Shown here piece by piece: positions 25,857-34,401 of a stretch of DNA of 54,604 nucleotides (positions are counted from its first letter, which is position 1; the number at the start of each line of letters is the position of its first letter). The DNA is from Pontimonas sp. GTDB lineage: Bacteria > Actinomycetota > Actinomycetes > Actinomycetales > Microbacteriaceae. Under the pieces are notes generated by a model, which saw only the letters and a list, made by a program, of their open reading frames with translations, ran no database searches and was not told the DNA's origin. Position numbers and translations under genes: made by a program. The stretch is from NCBI GenBank assembly GCA_021741945.1, contig JAIOWV010000001.1, forward strand, positions 1 to 54,604. The letters run 5' to 3'.

Positions 25857-28642
25857 TAGTCAGCCGCCTCGGTAATGGTGAGCGACTTAGGCTTCCCACT
25901 CTTTGCCGCGGCGGTCTTCTTGGCACCGGCCTTGCTCACCGTCTTAGTGGTGGTGTTTTTGGCAGTGGCTTTCTTTGCCGGGGCCTTCTTCTTCACAGCG
26001 CGCTTCGGAGCTGGGCCCTTGGCTCGCTTGTCGGCAATGAGCTGGACAGCCTGTTCGAAGTCGAGCTCGTCGATGGGCATGCCCCGGGGAACCGTGGCAT
26101 TGACTTCGCCATCGGTCACGTAGGGACCAAAACGTCCGTCTTTCAGCAGAATGGGCTTGCCGCTGACAGGGTCAGCTTCAAAGGTCTTGAGCGCTGAGGC
26201 CTGGCGTCGACCGGCATACTTAGGCTCCAAATAGCGGGCGAGGGCGCCTTCCAGGTCGATCTCGAAGATCTTCTCTTCGCTATCGAGTGACCGGGTGTCG
26301 GTGCCCTTCTTGAGATAGGGGCCATAGCGACCATTTTGAGCGGTTATCATCTCGCCAGACTCAGGGTCGACACCCACTTCGCGCGGGAGCGCGAGTAGGC
26401 GCAGGGCGGTCTCCAAATCAATGGTCTCAAGATCCATTGATTGGAAAATCGAGGCAGTCTTGGGCTTTTCGGCAGCGACTTTTTTCTTTTTCTTGGGAGC
26501 GTCCTCGATCGCGGGTGGCTCTTCGGGCTCAGGCAACACCTCGGTGACATAAGGGCCGAAGCGGCCCTTCTTGGCAACGATGTCGCGACCGGTGGCCGGA
26601 TCAACGCCGAGCACGCGATCGACAACAGGAGGAGCATCCGCAAGTTCTTGTGCACGCTCGGGAGTCAGCTCATCGGGTGCGAGTTCGGGCGGAAGGTTGA
26701 CATTTCGAACCTCACCGGTCTCGGTGTCTGTGACTTCGAGGAATGGGCCGTATTTGCCCACCCGGAGGTTGATAGTGGGGCTGATTTCCAGGGTGTTGAG
26801 CTCCCTGGCATCGATCTCCTCGGTGGCATCCTCGGCGACCTTCTTGAGGCCGCGGTTCTTGTCATCACCGAAGTAGAAACGGTGAAGCCACTCGCCTCTC
26901 TTTGTTTCGCCCCTGGCAATACTGTCCAGATCTTCTTCGAGGCCTGCGGTGTAGTCATAGTCGACTAGGTCCGAGAAGCGCTCGTGCAGCAAGCGAGTGA
27001 CGGGGAAGGCAATCCACTGCGGCACCAATGCGCTCCCCCGGCGCACAACATAGCCGCGGTCGATGATGACGGAGATGATCGAGGCATAGGTCGAAGGTCG
27101 ACCAATGCCTTTTTCTTCCAGTGCCTTCACGAGACTCGCCTCTGTGTAACGCGCCGGAGGTTGGGTTGTGTGGGCTTTAGCCAGGACGTCACTAATCGTG
27201 AGTGATTCTCCAACGGCCACCTTCGGCAACAGAGCGTCGTCGTCGGACTCAGTCTCCGTTGACGCATCCTCGTCGCTGCCCTCTTGGTAAGCCTGAAGGA
27301 AACCGCGTTCAGTGAGAACCGTCCCGGAGGCAGTGAACTGGGCCGAGGTGAAATCGCTGTCCGGAAGAGGGGTTGCCTCGAGAGTGACCGTCACCGTTTC
27401 ACCCTTCGCGTCCACCATTTGGCTTGCAACAGTGCGCTTCCAAATGAGGTCATAAAGCTTCAACTCGTCAGAGCGCAGCACGCTCGAGAGAGAAGAGGGG
27501 GTAGCGAAGCGATCGCCCGCCGGGCGAACGGCTTCGTGAGCTTCCTGCGCGTTCTTGGACTTGCCCTTATAAAGACGTGGCTCGCCTGGAACAGACTTCG
27601 CACCATAAAGCTCTGTTGCTGCCGCACGGGCAGCGCTGATTGCTTGGGACGAGAGGGAGACAGAGTCGGTCCTCATATAAGTAATGTGACCGTTTTCATA
27701 GAGGCCCTGCGCAATGCTCATAGTCTGCTGGGCAGAGAACCGCAGCTTTCGGCCGGCCTCTTGCTGCAGGGTCGAGGTGGTGAAGGGTGCTGCGGGGCGT
27801 CTCGTGTAGGGCTTCGGTTCAACGCTCAGAACGGTGGGTGCAACCGAGGGCTGACGCAACACGGTCTGCAGAGCCTCTGCTTGCTCTTCTTGCAGCAAGA
27901 CAGCGTCGGAGGTGAGCTTTCCCTCTTCAGAGAAATCCCGGCCAGAGGCGACCCGGCGACCATCGAGGCGCGAGAGAGCAACGGTGAACTTCTCACCGGT
28001 GGTCTTATGAACGACCGCTTCGATGTCGGAATAGCTGGCGGTCACAAAAGCGCGACGCTCGAGTTCACGATCGACAATAAGTCGAAGAGCCGGGGATTGA
28101 ACACGGCCCGCGGACTTAGCGCCGCTCACCCGACGCCAGAGCACCGGGGAGACCTCAAACCCATAGAGGCGGTCGAGAATACGCCTGGTTTCCTGGGCGT
28201 CAACGAGGGCGACATCCAGCTCACGGGTCTTGTTCGTTGCCTCGGTGATGCTGTCCTGGGTGATTTCGTGGAACACCATGCGCTTGACCGGGACACTGGG
28301 CTTCAAGACTTCAAGCAAGTGCCACGCGATGGCTTCGCCTTCGCGGTCCTCATCTGTTGCGAGCAAGATTTCCGATGCGGTCTTGGCGGCGCGCTTCAGA
28401 TCGGCAACCGTTTTCTTACCGCGATCAGTGGTCACGTAGTACGGGGCGAAGTCGTTCTCTAGATCGATACCAAATTTTCCAGAGGGACCCTTTTTCATGT
28501 CGGCAGGCAAATCTCTGGGGTGAGCAAGATCGCGGACGTGACCGACGGAGGCCATGACCTCGTAGCCATCGCCCAGGTACTTCCCAATCGTTTTCGCCTT
28601 TGCTGGCGACTCGACGATGACGAGCTTCTTACTCGGGGCCAC
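25856..28642 (-). CDS. topA: DNA topoisomerase I
   Basis: LVIVESPAKAK, ATDEDREGE, SAGRVQS, ITYMRTDS, GIGRPSTY; C-terminal repeats and Lys-rich tail; GTG 28642 with AAGGAG RBS. Confidence 0.98.
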   Translation of the reverse strand: MAPSKKLVIVESPAKAKTIGKYLGDGYEVMASVGHVRDLAHPRDLPADMKKGPSGKFGIDLENDFAPYYVTTDRGKKTVADLKRAAKTASEILLATDEDREGEAIAWHLLEVLKPSVPVKRMVFHEITQDSITEATNKTRELDVALVDAQETRRILDRLYGFEVSPVLWRRVSGAKSAGRVQSPALRLIVDRELERRAFVTASYSDIEAVVHKTTGEKFTVALSRLDGRRVASGRDFSEEGKLTSDAVLLQEEQAEALQTVLRQPSVAPTVLSVEPKPYTRRPAAPFTTSTLQQEAGRKLRFSAQQTMSIAQGLYENGHITYMRTDSVSLSSQAISAARAAATELYGAKSVPGEPRLYKGKSKNAQEAHEAVRPAGDRFATPSSLSSVLRSDELKLYDLIWKRTVASQMVDAKGETVTVTLEATPLPDSDFTSAQFTASGTVLTERGFLQAYQEGSDEDASTETESDDDALLPKVAVGESLTISDVLAKAHTTQPPARYTEASLVKALEEKGIGRPSTYASIISVIIDRGYVVRRGSALVPQWIAFPVTRLLHERFSDLVDYDYTAGLEEDLDSIARGETKRGEWLHRFYFGDDKNRGLKKVAEDATEEIDARELNTLEISPTINLRVGKYGPFLEVTDTETGEVRNVNLPPELAPDELTPERAQELADAPPVVDRVLGVDPATGRDIVAKKGRFGPYVTEVLPEPEEPPAIEDAPKKKKKVAAEKPKTASIFQSMDLETIDLETALRLLALPREVGVDPESGEMITAQNGRYGPYLKKGTDTRSLDSEEKIFEIDLEGALARYLEPKYAGRRQASALKTFEADPVSGKPILLKDGRFGPYVTDGEVNATVPRGMPIDELDFEQAVQLIADKRAKGPAPKRAVKKKAPAKKATAKNTTTKTVSKAGAKKTAAAKSGKPKSLTITEAAD

Positions 28643-28740
28643 GCTTCTCCTTGCGCTGTAACTCTCGTGGGGAATTCCTCGACACGATCGCTGTGTGACT
28701 GAGACGGAAAATCTCAACGGGGCTCACGATACACAACAAA

Positions 28741-29082
28741 TTATTTCTGTCCACCATTAGCCACTCCAGCGTGAGCGTGGGCACTATGTCCGATACCTCG
28801 CCAACTGACTCCACCCGTGACCCGCGCGCTAGCGTCCTCGAGGTCGCAAGAATCAAGAGAGAACTGCTCGTTGTGCAGAATTTGTCGAGCAACGTCACAC
28901 GGCAAACCAGGCACCACGCCCATCCGGACATCGGCTGCACCCAGGGCAGCTAGGTCCACCGCGCCCTGGAGTCGATGGGCGATCAGCACGTGGGTTGTGA
29001 CCTCCGCGAACACTCCCGTGGCGAGCACAAGCGTCACGATCCACCCCAGTGCCACAACGCTGGCGCTTCCCCGCTCACCCAT
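28741..29082 (-). CDS. Rv3654c-family TadE-like pseudopilin
   Basis: ERGSAS prepilin site, TM helix, DLAALGAAD, Cys pair, AHAG end. Confidence 0.8.
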   Translation of the reverse strand: MGERGSASVVALGWIVTLVLATGVFAEVTTHVLIAHRLQGAVDLAALGAADVRMGVVPGLPCDVARQILHNEQFSLDSCDLEDASARVTGGVSWRGIGHSAHAHAGVANGGQK

Positions 29083-29443
29083 CGGTGAGGCCACCTGGAG
29101 CCGGGCGCACCGCAGTATCGAGAGCACAGGCACTGGCATGCAGGCGAAGAGGCGCCAGCGCCCACAGACCCGTCGCGAGTTCATCGCTCAATCGCACGCA
29201 CACAAGATCGGGTGGGTAACTCAGCTGCGCTGAGCCAAGCGATGAGCCATCTGGCAGGCCAGTGGGATCACCCCCAAGACTCAGCACTCGGGCGTGATCA
29301 CTGGCCTGCGCCTGAAGGCGTTGAGTTGCGACGCCAGCTCCGAGCCCGCTGGTCAGTAGAGCCGCCACCATCACCAGAGCAGGCAGCGTGATGACCCACT
29401 CAGCGGTGATGGCACCGGACTCACCCGGTGAAGGTGAGGGCAC
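29075..29443 (-). CDS. TadE-family minor pilin
   Basis: ESGAITAEWVITLP (G|x4E) followed by a TM helix. Confidence 0.78.
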   Translation of the reverse strand: MPSPSPGESGAITAEWVITLPALVMVAALLTSGLGAGVATQRLQAQASDHARVLSLGGDPTGLPDGSSLGSAQLSYPPDLVCVRLSDELATGLWALAPLRLHASACALDTAVRPAPGGLTDG

Positions 29444-29606
29444 TGCGCACCAGGTCGGTCAGTATTTGGCGTACTTCATCGCTGCGCATGATGACCACGA
29501 GCAGGCCGGCAAACCCGACGGCAGCCATTGTGGCAATCGCGTATTCGGCTGTTGCCGCCCCTCTCTCACTATCGGCGTGCTCTGTGAGGTCTGTGAACTC
29601 ATTCAT
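29421..29606 (-). CDS. DUF4244 Flp-like major pilin
   Basis: ERGAATAEYAIATMAAVGFAGLL; AAGGAG RBS. Confidence 0.9.
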   Translation of the reverse strand: MNEFTDLTEHADSERGAATAEYAIATMAAVGFAGLLVVIMRSDEVRQILTDLVRSALTFTG

Positions 29607-29727
29607 GATGTCTCCTTGTCGTGGGTGACCGGCTGGCCACGGGCACACCCTGGCAGGGATGGGGCCCCTGGGGAGACGGTCGGGGTATCTGATCGAGGCT
29701 TCGCGCAACACGTTGATCGGTGGACAG

Positions 29728-30654
29728 TTAGGCCAGCGACCCCTCCCACAACGACACCGCCATCGGAACGACTGCTACCAGCACAAAAGCCGGGAGAACC
29801 AGCAGGCCAAGAGGCATGACAACCGAGACGCCAAGGCGTGCCATCCGCTCCTCGGAGCTGGTGCGCCCGAGGTCTCGGCGCAGTGTGGCACTGGCCTTGG
29901 CAAGACCAGCAACAGGCACTCCCGCTCTTCTGGAGAGCGAGACCAGATTCTCGAGTGTCTGGGGTTCTGCAATCTCTACTGAGTACTCAGAACACACTGC
30001 CCTCACCAACTCTTGAGCGCGCTCGGGCAGTGCGCCGCCACCGGTAGCAATAGCAAACAGATCCATCTCAAGACCAAGGGCGGCTGGGTCTGGTGTCGCT
30101 CGCTCGGCTAACAACCGCAACCACCACCAGGCGCCAAACATCATCGCCACACCTAGAGCCAGCACCGCAGCACCCAAGCCTGTGCCGAACAAGAAGCCGA
30201 CGCTGGACTGACCTCCAATCCCACCCCCGATCACACCAATCACCGGCAGCGCCATCACGAGGCGCATGGTGGCCTTCGGTCCGGCAAGTGCTGCGCTGAT
30301 CTGGCGCTTCGTTCTCGAGATGTCATCGAGCGCCTCGGCCAGGACTTCCAGAGCCGGGCCGAGCGGGGCTCCACTCACTCGAGCGATAGCCCAGCACGCC
30401 CCGAGCGCCCTCCACGGGCCATCCGCGTCGATGGTGAGTGAGTGGAGGGCGTCGTGAGGATTGACGCCGTCGTCGATAGCAGCGCTCACTGCCACCGGCG
30501 TGTCTCCATAGCGTGGGTCTCTCGCAAGCTCGGCCCACAGGCTTGGCAGGGATAGGCCTGCCTGGTGCAGGGCTGCCAGGGTTCGAATGGCCCCCACTGC
30601 ATCTGGCGGCGGGATTTTCCGTGTGGTGAGAAATCTAGGGTTCCACGAGAACAT
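29728..30654 (-). CDS. Type II secretion F-family Tad membrane protein (TadB/TadC-like)
   Basis: SGAPLG...ALAGPKAT...ALP (TadB-like) and AGVP...PLGLLVLPAFVL (TadC-like); start uncertain. Confidence 0.78.
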   Translation of the reverse strand: MFSWNPRFLTTRKIPPPDAVGAIRTLAALHQAGLSLPSLWAELARDPRYGDTPVAVSAAIDDGVNPHDALHSLTIDADGPWRALGACWAIARVSGAPLGPALEVLAEALDDISRTKRQISAALAGPKATMRLVMALPVIGVIGGGIGGQSSVGFLFGTGLGAAVLALGVAMMFGAWWWLRLLAERATPDPAALGLEMDLFAIATGGGALPERAQELVRAVCSEYSVEIAEPQTLENLVSLSRRAGVPVAGLAKASATLRRDLGRTSSEERMARLGVSVVMPLGLLVLPAFVLVAVVPMAVSLWEGSLA

Positions 30655-31609
30655 CGAGGCTCCCATCTGAGCCAAGAACGAGGCGGCCCTGGGTGAGGTG
30701 GCGCTGCTGGTCATCTCCCGTCTCGAGGTGAATCACTCGGTCAAACGCATTAATCGTTTGTGTTGTCAGTTGTCTCTCGCTGAGGCCGGCAAGCGCCCCC
30801 AGCGCATCAAGTCGGGCTGGGATCTCTTGGATGCTCCCCGCATGGATAGTGGTGGCTCCCCCGCGGTGGCCGGTCAAGAACGCTTGTAATAGATCGGCTA
30901 GCTCGGGCCCACGGCACTCCCCCACAATCAGGCGGTCTGGCTTCATGCGCAGGGACTCCCTCACGAGCCTGGCGAGCGTTATCTCGCCAGCCCCCTCAAG
31001 GTTTGCCACCCGACACTCCAGTGACACAACATGCGGGTGATCGATGGAGAGCTCCGCCAGGTCTTCGAGCACCACCAGTCGCTCGTTGGCTCCGGCATAC
31101 GCCATGAGTGCCCCCACAAGCGTCGTCTTGCCCGAGCCAGTGGCGCCGGTAATGAGCAGGCTCTGACGGGAGTGCACTAGGCCGATCAGCTGTGGCATGA
31201 GGCGTGCACTATCCCGCAACGCCAACGTGTCAAGCGACGCTTTCGCACGCCGGTGAATGCGCAGCGATATCTCTGCACCCAGGCGCGCAATGGGGGGAAT
31301 AGCCGCGTGAACGCGGATTCCATGGCCTAGGTTCACATCGGCCAGTGGCTGCGCTTCATCGAGGCGCCTTCCACCAGATTCAATGAGGCGTCTGGCGAGG
31401 TCAATGGCTTCGCCAGGGCTAAGACCCAGCCCCCTCACCGGGCTCGCGCCCTCTCCGGTGTTGACCGCTATTTCCCCGGAGCCGCGAACGAATACGTCGG
31501 TGACCCTGGGATCATCCACGTACTGGGCGAGCACACCAAGATTCCGTCGCAGTGCCGGGGAAATGCTCTGATGGAGATGTGCCCACAACGGCGCGGTCGG
31601 GGCTGGCAT
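30635..31609 (-). CDS. tadA: TadA/CpaF pilus assembly ATPase
   Basis: GATGSGKTT Walker A, LEDLAEL, LRMKPDRLIVGECRG, TGHRGGATTIHA. Confidence 0.9.
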   Translation of the reverse strand: MPAPTAPLWAHLHQSISPALRRNLGVLAQYVDDPRVTDVFVRGSGEIAVNTGEGASPVRGLGLSPGEAIDLARRLIESGGRRLDEAQPLADVNLGHGIRVHAAIPPIARLGAEISLRIHRRAKASLDTLALRDSARLMPQLIGLVHSRQSLLITGATGSGKTTLVGALMAYAGANERLVVLEDLAELSIDHPHVVSLECRVANLEGAGEITLARLVRESLRMKPDRLIVGECRGPELADLLQAFLTGHRGGATTIHAGSIQEIPARLDALGALAGLSERQLTTQTINAFDRVIHLETGDDQQRHLTQGRLVLGSDGSLDVLVEP

Positions 31610-31776
31610 CCCCCCAGCATCGCCTGCCACGGCGCGCTGCGGTGGGTGTTGTGCGGAACTGTGGACAACGGCGCGAGGGGCCCCGGGTTTGCACAGGCGC
31701 CACCTGTTCTACACTTACTCCGTCGGTGCTCGCATCGCGCCTCCAGGTAGTGCGAGTCGATTGATAGGGGATAAAG

Positions 31777-33735
31777 ATGTCCGATTCGCCCCAGGGTGGG
31801 AACCTTCTGCACGAAGAACGGCGTTTCCCGCCGTCGCCTGAATTCCAGTCCCAAGCGATCGCGAAGCCCGAGCTCTACCAGGCAGCGACTAAGAATCGCC
31901 TCGGCTTCTGGGCCGACCAGGCGCGCGGTCTTCTGCACTGGCACACGCCCTTCACCCAAACTCTCGACTGGTCGAATCCGCCTTTCGCGCGCTGGTTTGC
32001 CGATGGTGCCCTGAACGTTTCCTATAACTGCCTCGACCGGCATGTCGAGGCTGGCCTTGGTGACCGGGTGGCTTTGCACTTCGAGGGCGAGCCCGGCGAC
32101 TCCCGCGCCATTACCTATGCGGAGTTGACGACCGAGGTGAAGAAGGCCGCCAACATGCTGATCGCCCACGGCGTGAAGGCTGGCGACCGAATCATTCTCT
32201 ATATGCCCCTCGTTCCTGAGGCCGTCATTGCGATGCTCGCTGTCGCGCGCCTTGGGGCGATTCACTCCGTCGTATTTGGCGGGTTTAGTGCGGAGAGCCT
32301 TCGTGCTCGCATCGATGACGCGGATGCCACCGTGGTGATAACCGCCGATGGCGGCAACCGGAAAGGGTCGGTCTTTGCACTCAAGCCTGCCGTTGACCAG
32401 GCGCTCGCTGATGGCAAGACGAACGTCCGCTCGGTGATTGTGGTCAAGCGCGGTGGCAACGATGTCGAGTGGAATGCGGGCTTGGACTTTTGGTGGCACG
32501 ACGAAATCGCGAAGCACAGCGATGAGCACACCGCAGAAGGATTTGAGGCTGAGAACCCCCTCTTCATTTTGTATACGTCGGGAACAACGGGTAAGCCCAA
32601 GGGCATCCTGCACACCTCCGGTGGCTACCTGACCCAGGCTGCGTTTACCCACAAGAACATCTTTGATCTGCACCCAGAGACCGACGTCTACTGGTGCACC
32701 GCCGATGTGGGCTGGATTACCGGCCACAGCTATGTGGTCTATGGGCCGCTGGCCAATGGTGCAACCCAGGTGATTTATGAGGGAACACCAGACACCCCGC
32801 ACCCCGGGCGCTGGTGGGAAATCATCGAAAAGTATCGAGTGAGCCTTTTCTACACAGCACCCACCGCAATTAGAACGTTTATGAAACTTGGGCGCGAAAT
32901 TCCGCAGAAGTTTGATTTGAGCTCGTTGCGGGTGCTTGGCAGCGTCGGGGAGCCCATTAACCCAGAAGCCTGGATGTGGTACCGCGACGTCATTGGCGGT
33001 GGCAAGACTCCCGTGGTGGACACCTGGTGGCAAACAGAGACCGGCGCCATCATGATTAGTGCTTTGCCGGGAATCACCGCTGCCAAACCTGGCAGCGCAC
33101 AAGTTCCCATGCCTGGCATCACTCTCGATGTGGTGAGCGAGGACGGGGTCCCCGTGGGTCCAGATGGCAGCGGGCTACTGGTGATTACTGAGCCCTGGCC
33201 CTCCATGCTGCGCGGAATCTGGGGCGATCCAGAGCGCTACAAGGAGACCTATTGGTCGAAGTTTGGCGATCGATACTTCGCTGGTGATGGTGCCCACCTG
33301 GATGCCGATGGCGACGTGTGGTTGCTCGGCCGCGTTGACGACGTGATGAACGTCTCCGGCCACCGGCTCTCCACCATGGAGATTGAGTCAGCAATTGTGG
33401 CCCACCCAATGGCGGCCGAGGCCGCCGTCGTGGGGGCAGCCGATGAGACGACAGGTCAAGCTGTGGTGGCGTTCGTGATTCTCAAGTCCCGTTTCGTCGG
33501 AACACTCAGTGATGAAGAAGTGTCCCAACAGATTCGGGCGTGGGTCGGCGAACAGATTGGCGCGATTGCCAAACCCCGCACCGTCTTTGTGGTGGGCGAA
33601 TTGCCGAAGACGCGCTCTGGCAAAATCATGCGGCGTCTGCTGCGCGATATCGCCGAGGGTCGTGAGATTGGTGACACCACTACGTTGACCGACACCACTG
33701 TGGTGCGAACGATCAACACCGCGGTCAACGACTAG
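31777..33735 (+). CDS. acs: Acetyl-CoA synthetase
   Basis: YTSGTTGKPKG, DTWWQTETG, PKTRSGKIMRR. Confidence 0.98.
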   Translation: MSDSPQGGNLLHEERRFPPSPEFQSQAIAKPELYQAATKNRLGFWADQARGLLHWHTPFTQTLDWSNPPFARWFADGALNVSYNCLDRHVEAGLGDRVALHFEGEPGDSRAITYAELTTEVKKAANMLIAHGVKAGDRIILYMPLVPEAVIAMLAVARLGAIHSVVFGGFSAESLRARIDDADATVVITADGGNRKGSVFALKPAVDQALADGKTNVRSVIVVKRGGNDVEWNAGLDFWWHDEIAKHSDEHTAEGFEAENPLFILYTSGTTGKPKGILHTSGGYLTQAAFTHKNIFDLHPETDVYWCTADVGWITGHSYVVYGPLANGATQVIYEGTPDTPHPGRWWEIIEKYRVSLFYTAPTAIRTFMKLGREIPQKFDLSSLRVLGSVGEPINPEAWMWYRDVIGGGKTPVVDTWWQTETGAIMISALPGITAAKPGSAQVPMPGITLDVVSEDGVPVGPDGSGLLVITEPWPSMLRGIWGDPERYKETYWSKFGDRYFAGDGAHLDADGDVWLLGRVDDVMNVSGHRLSTMEIESAIVAHPMAAEAAVVGAADETTGQAVVAFVILKSRFVGTLSDEEVSQQIRAWVGEQIGAIAKPRTVFVVGELPKTRSGKIMRRLLRDIAEGREIGDTTTLTDTTVVRTINTAVND

Positions 33736-34195
33736 GCGCGAACTCCAGGATTAGCTCCACCTCAACCGGTGCGTCGAGGGGTAACACTGCAACGCCAACA
33801 GCGGCTCTGGCGTGAAGGCCCTTATCGCCGAAGATTTCTGCCAAGAGCTCGGAGGCGCCGTTCAGGACCTGAGGCTGCCCGATGAAATCCGGGTGGGACG
33901 CCACATAACCATTGACTTTCACCACTCGGGTGATGGTCTCCAGAGAACCCAAGACACTCTGCGCGGCAGCAAGAGCGTTCAAGACACAAATCCTGGCAAG
34001 CTCGGCGGCCTCGGCGGCCGAGACTTCGGCTCCCACTTTTCCGGTGGCGGCGAGTGTGCCATCCACGAAGGGCAGTTGGCCTGCGGTGTAGAGGAGGTTG
34101 CCGGTGGTCATCGCTGGGACATACGCAGCGACGGGCTTTGCCACCTGGGGAATGGTGATCCCTAAATCGTTCAGACGAGCGCTGATCTGGCCCAC
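33725..34195 (-). CDS. RidA/YjgF-family protein
   Basis: AAYVPA, GQLP, HARAAVGV..LP...PVEVE. Confidence 0.92.
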   Translation of the reverse strand: MGQISARLNDLGITIPQVAKPVAAYVPAMTTGNLLYTAGQLPFVDGTLAATGKVGAEVSAAEAAELARICVLNALAAAQSVLGSLETITRVVKVNGYVASHPDFIGQPQVLNGASELLAEIFGDKGLHARAAVGVAVLPLDAPVEVELILEFAPSR

Positions 34196-34351
34196 TTAGT
34201 CCTCCTTAGGACGTTTGAAATACGCGACGAGGCCACCTTCTGGACCGGTCACAATCTGAACCAACTCCCAGCCCTGCTCACCCCAGTTGTTGAGGATGGC
34301 AGTGGTGTTGTGAATGATCAGCGGCGTGGTGATGTACTCATAGCGCGTCAT
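34196..34351 (-). CDS. DUF4177-like small protein (51 aa; not in the ORF track)
   Basis: Hand translation MTRYEYITTPLIIHNTTAILNNWGEQGWELVQIVTGPEGGLVAYFKRPKED; AAAAGGGG RBS; abuts the RidA start. Confidence 0.85.
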   Translation of the reverse strand: MTRYEYITTPLIIHNTTAILNNWGEQGWELVQIVTGPEGGLVAYFKRPKED

Positions 34352-34401
34352 AGATACCCCTTTTCACCTAATCATAGGTAAGCATTGGATACCCTGGAGA
34401 C

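Noticed and set aside
25860-26000. Lys/Ala-rich low-complexity tail of TopA
   Set aside because: Normal feature of actinobacterial topoisomerase I
27284-28462. 392-aa antisense ORF (likewise 39292-40218, 43710-44606, 46260-47345)
   Set aside because: All lie opposite conserved housekeeping genes (topA, glyA/folD, purH, sucD)
28643-28717. Longer N-termini in the ORF track (topA, GNAT 2173, hydrolase 6292, binding protein 53946)
   Set aside because: Downstream starts have an RBS, a -10 box or translational coupling and match the family N-termini
31468-33102. 544-aa antisense ORF
   Set aside because: Shadow ORF opposite acs, expected from high-GC codon bias; no motifs
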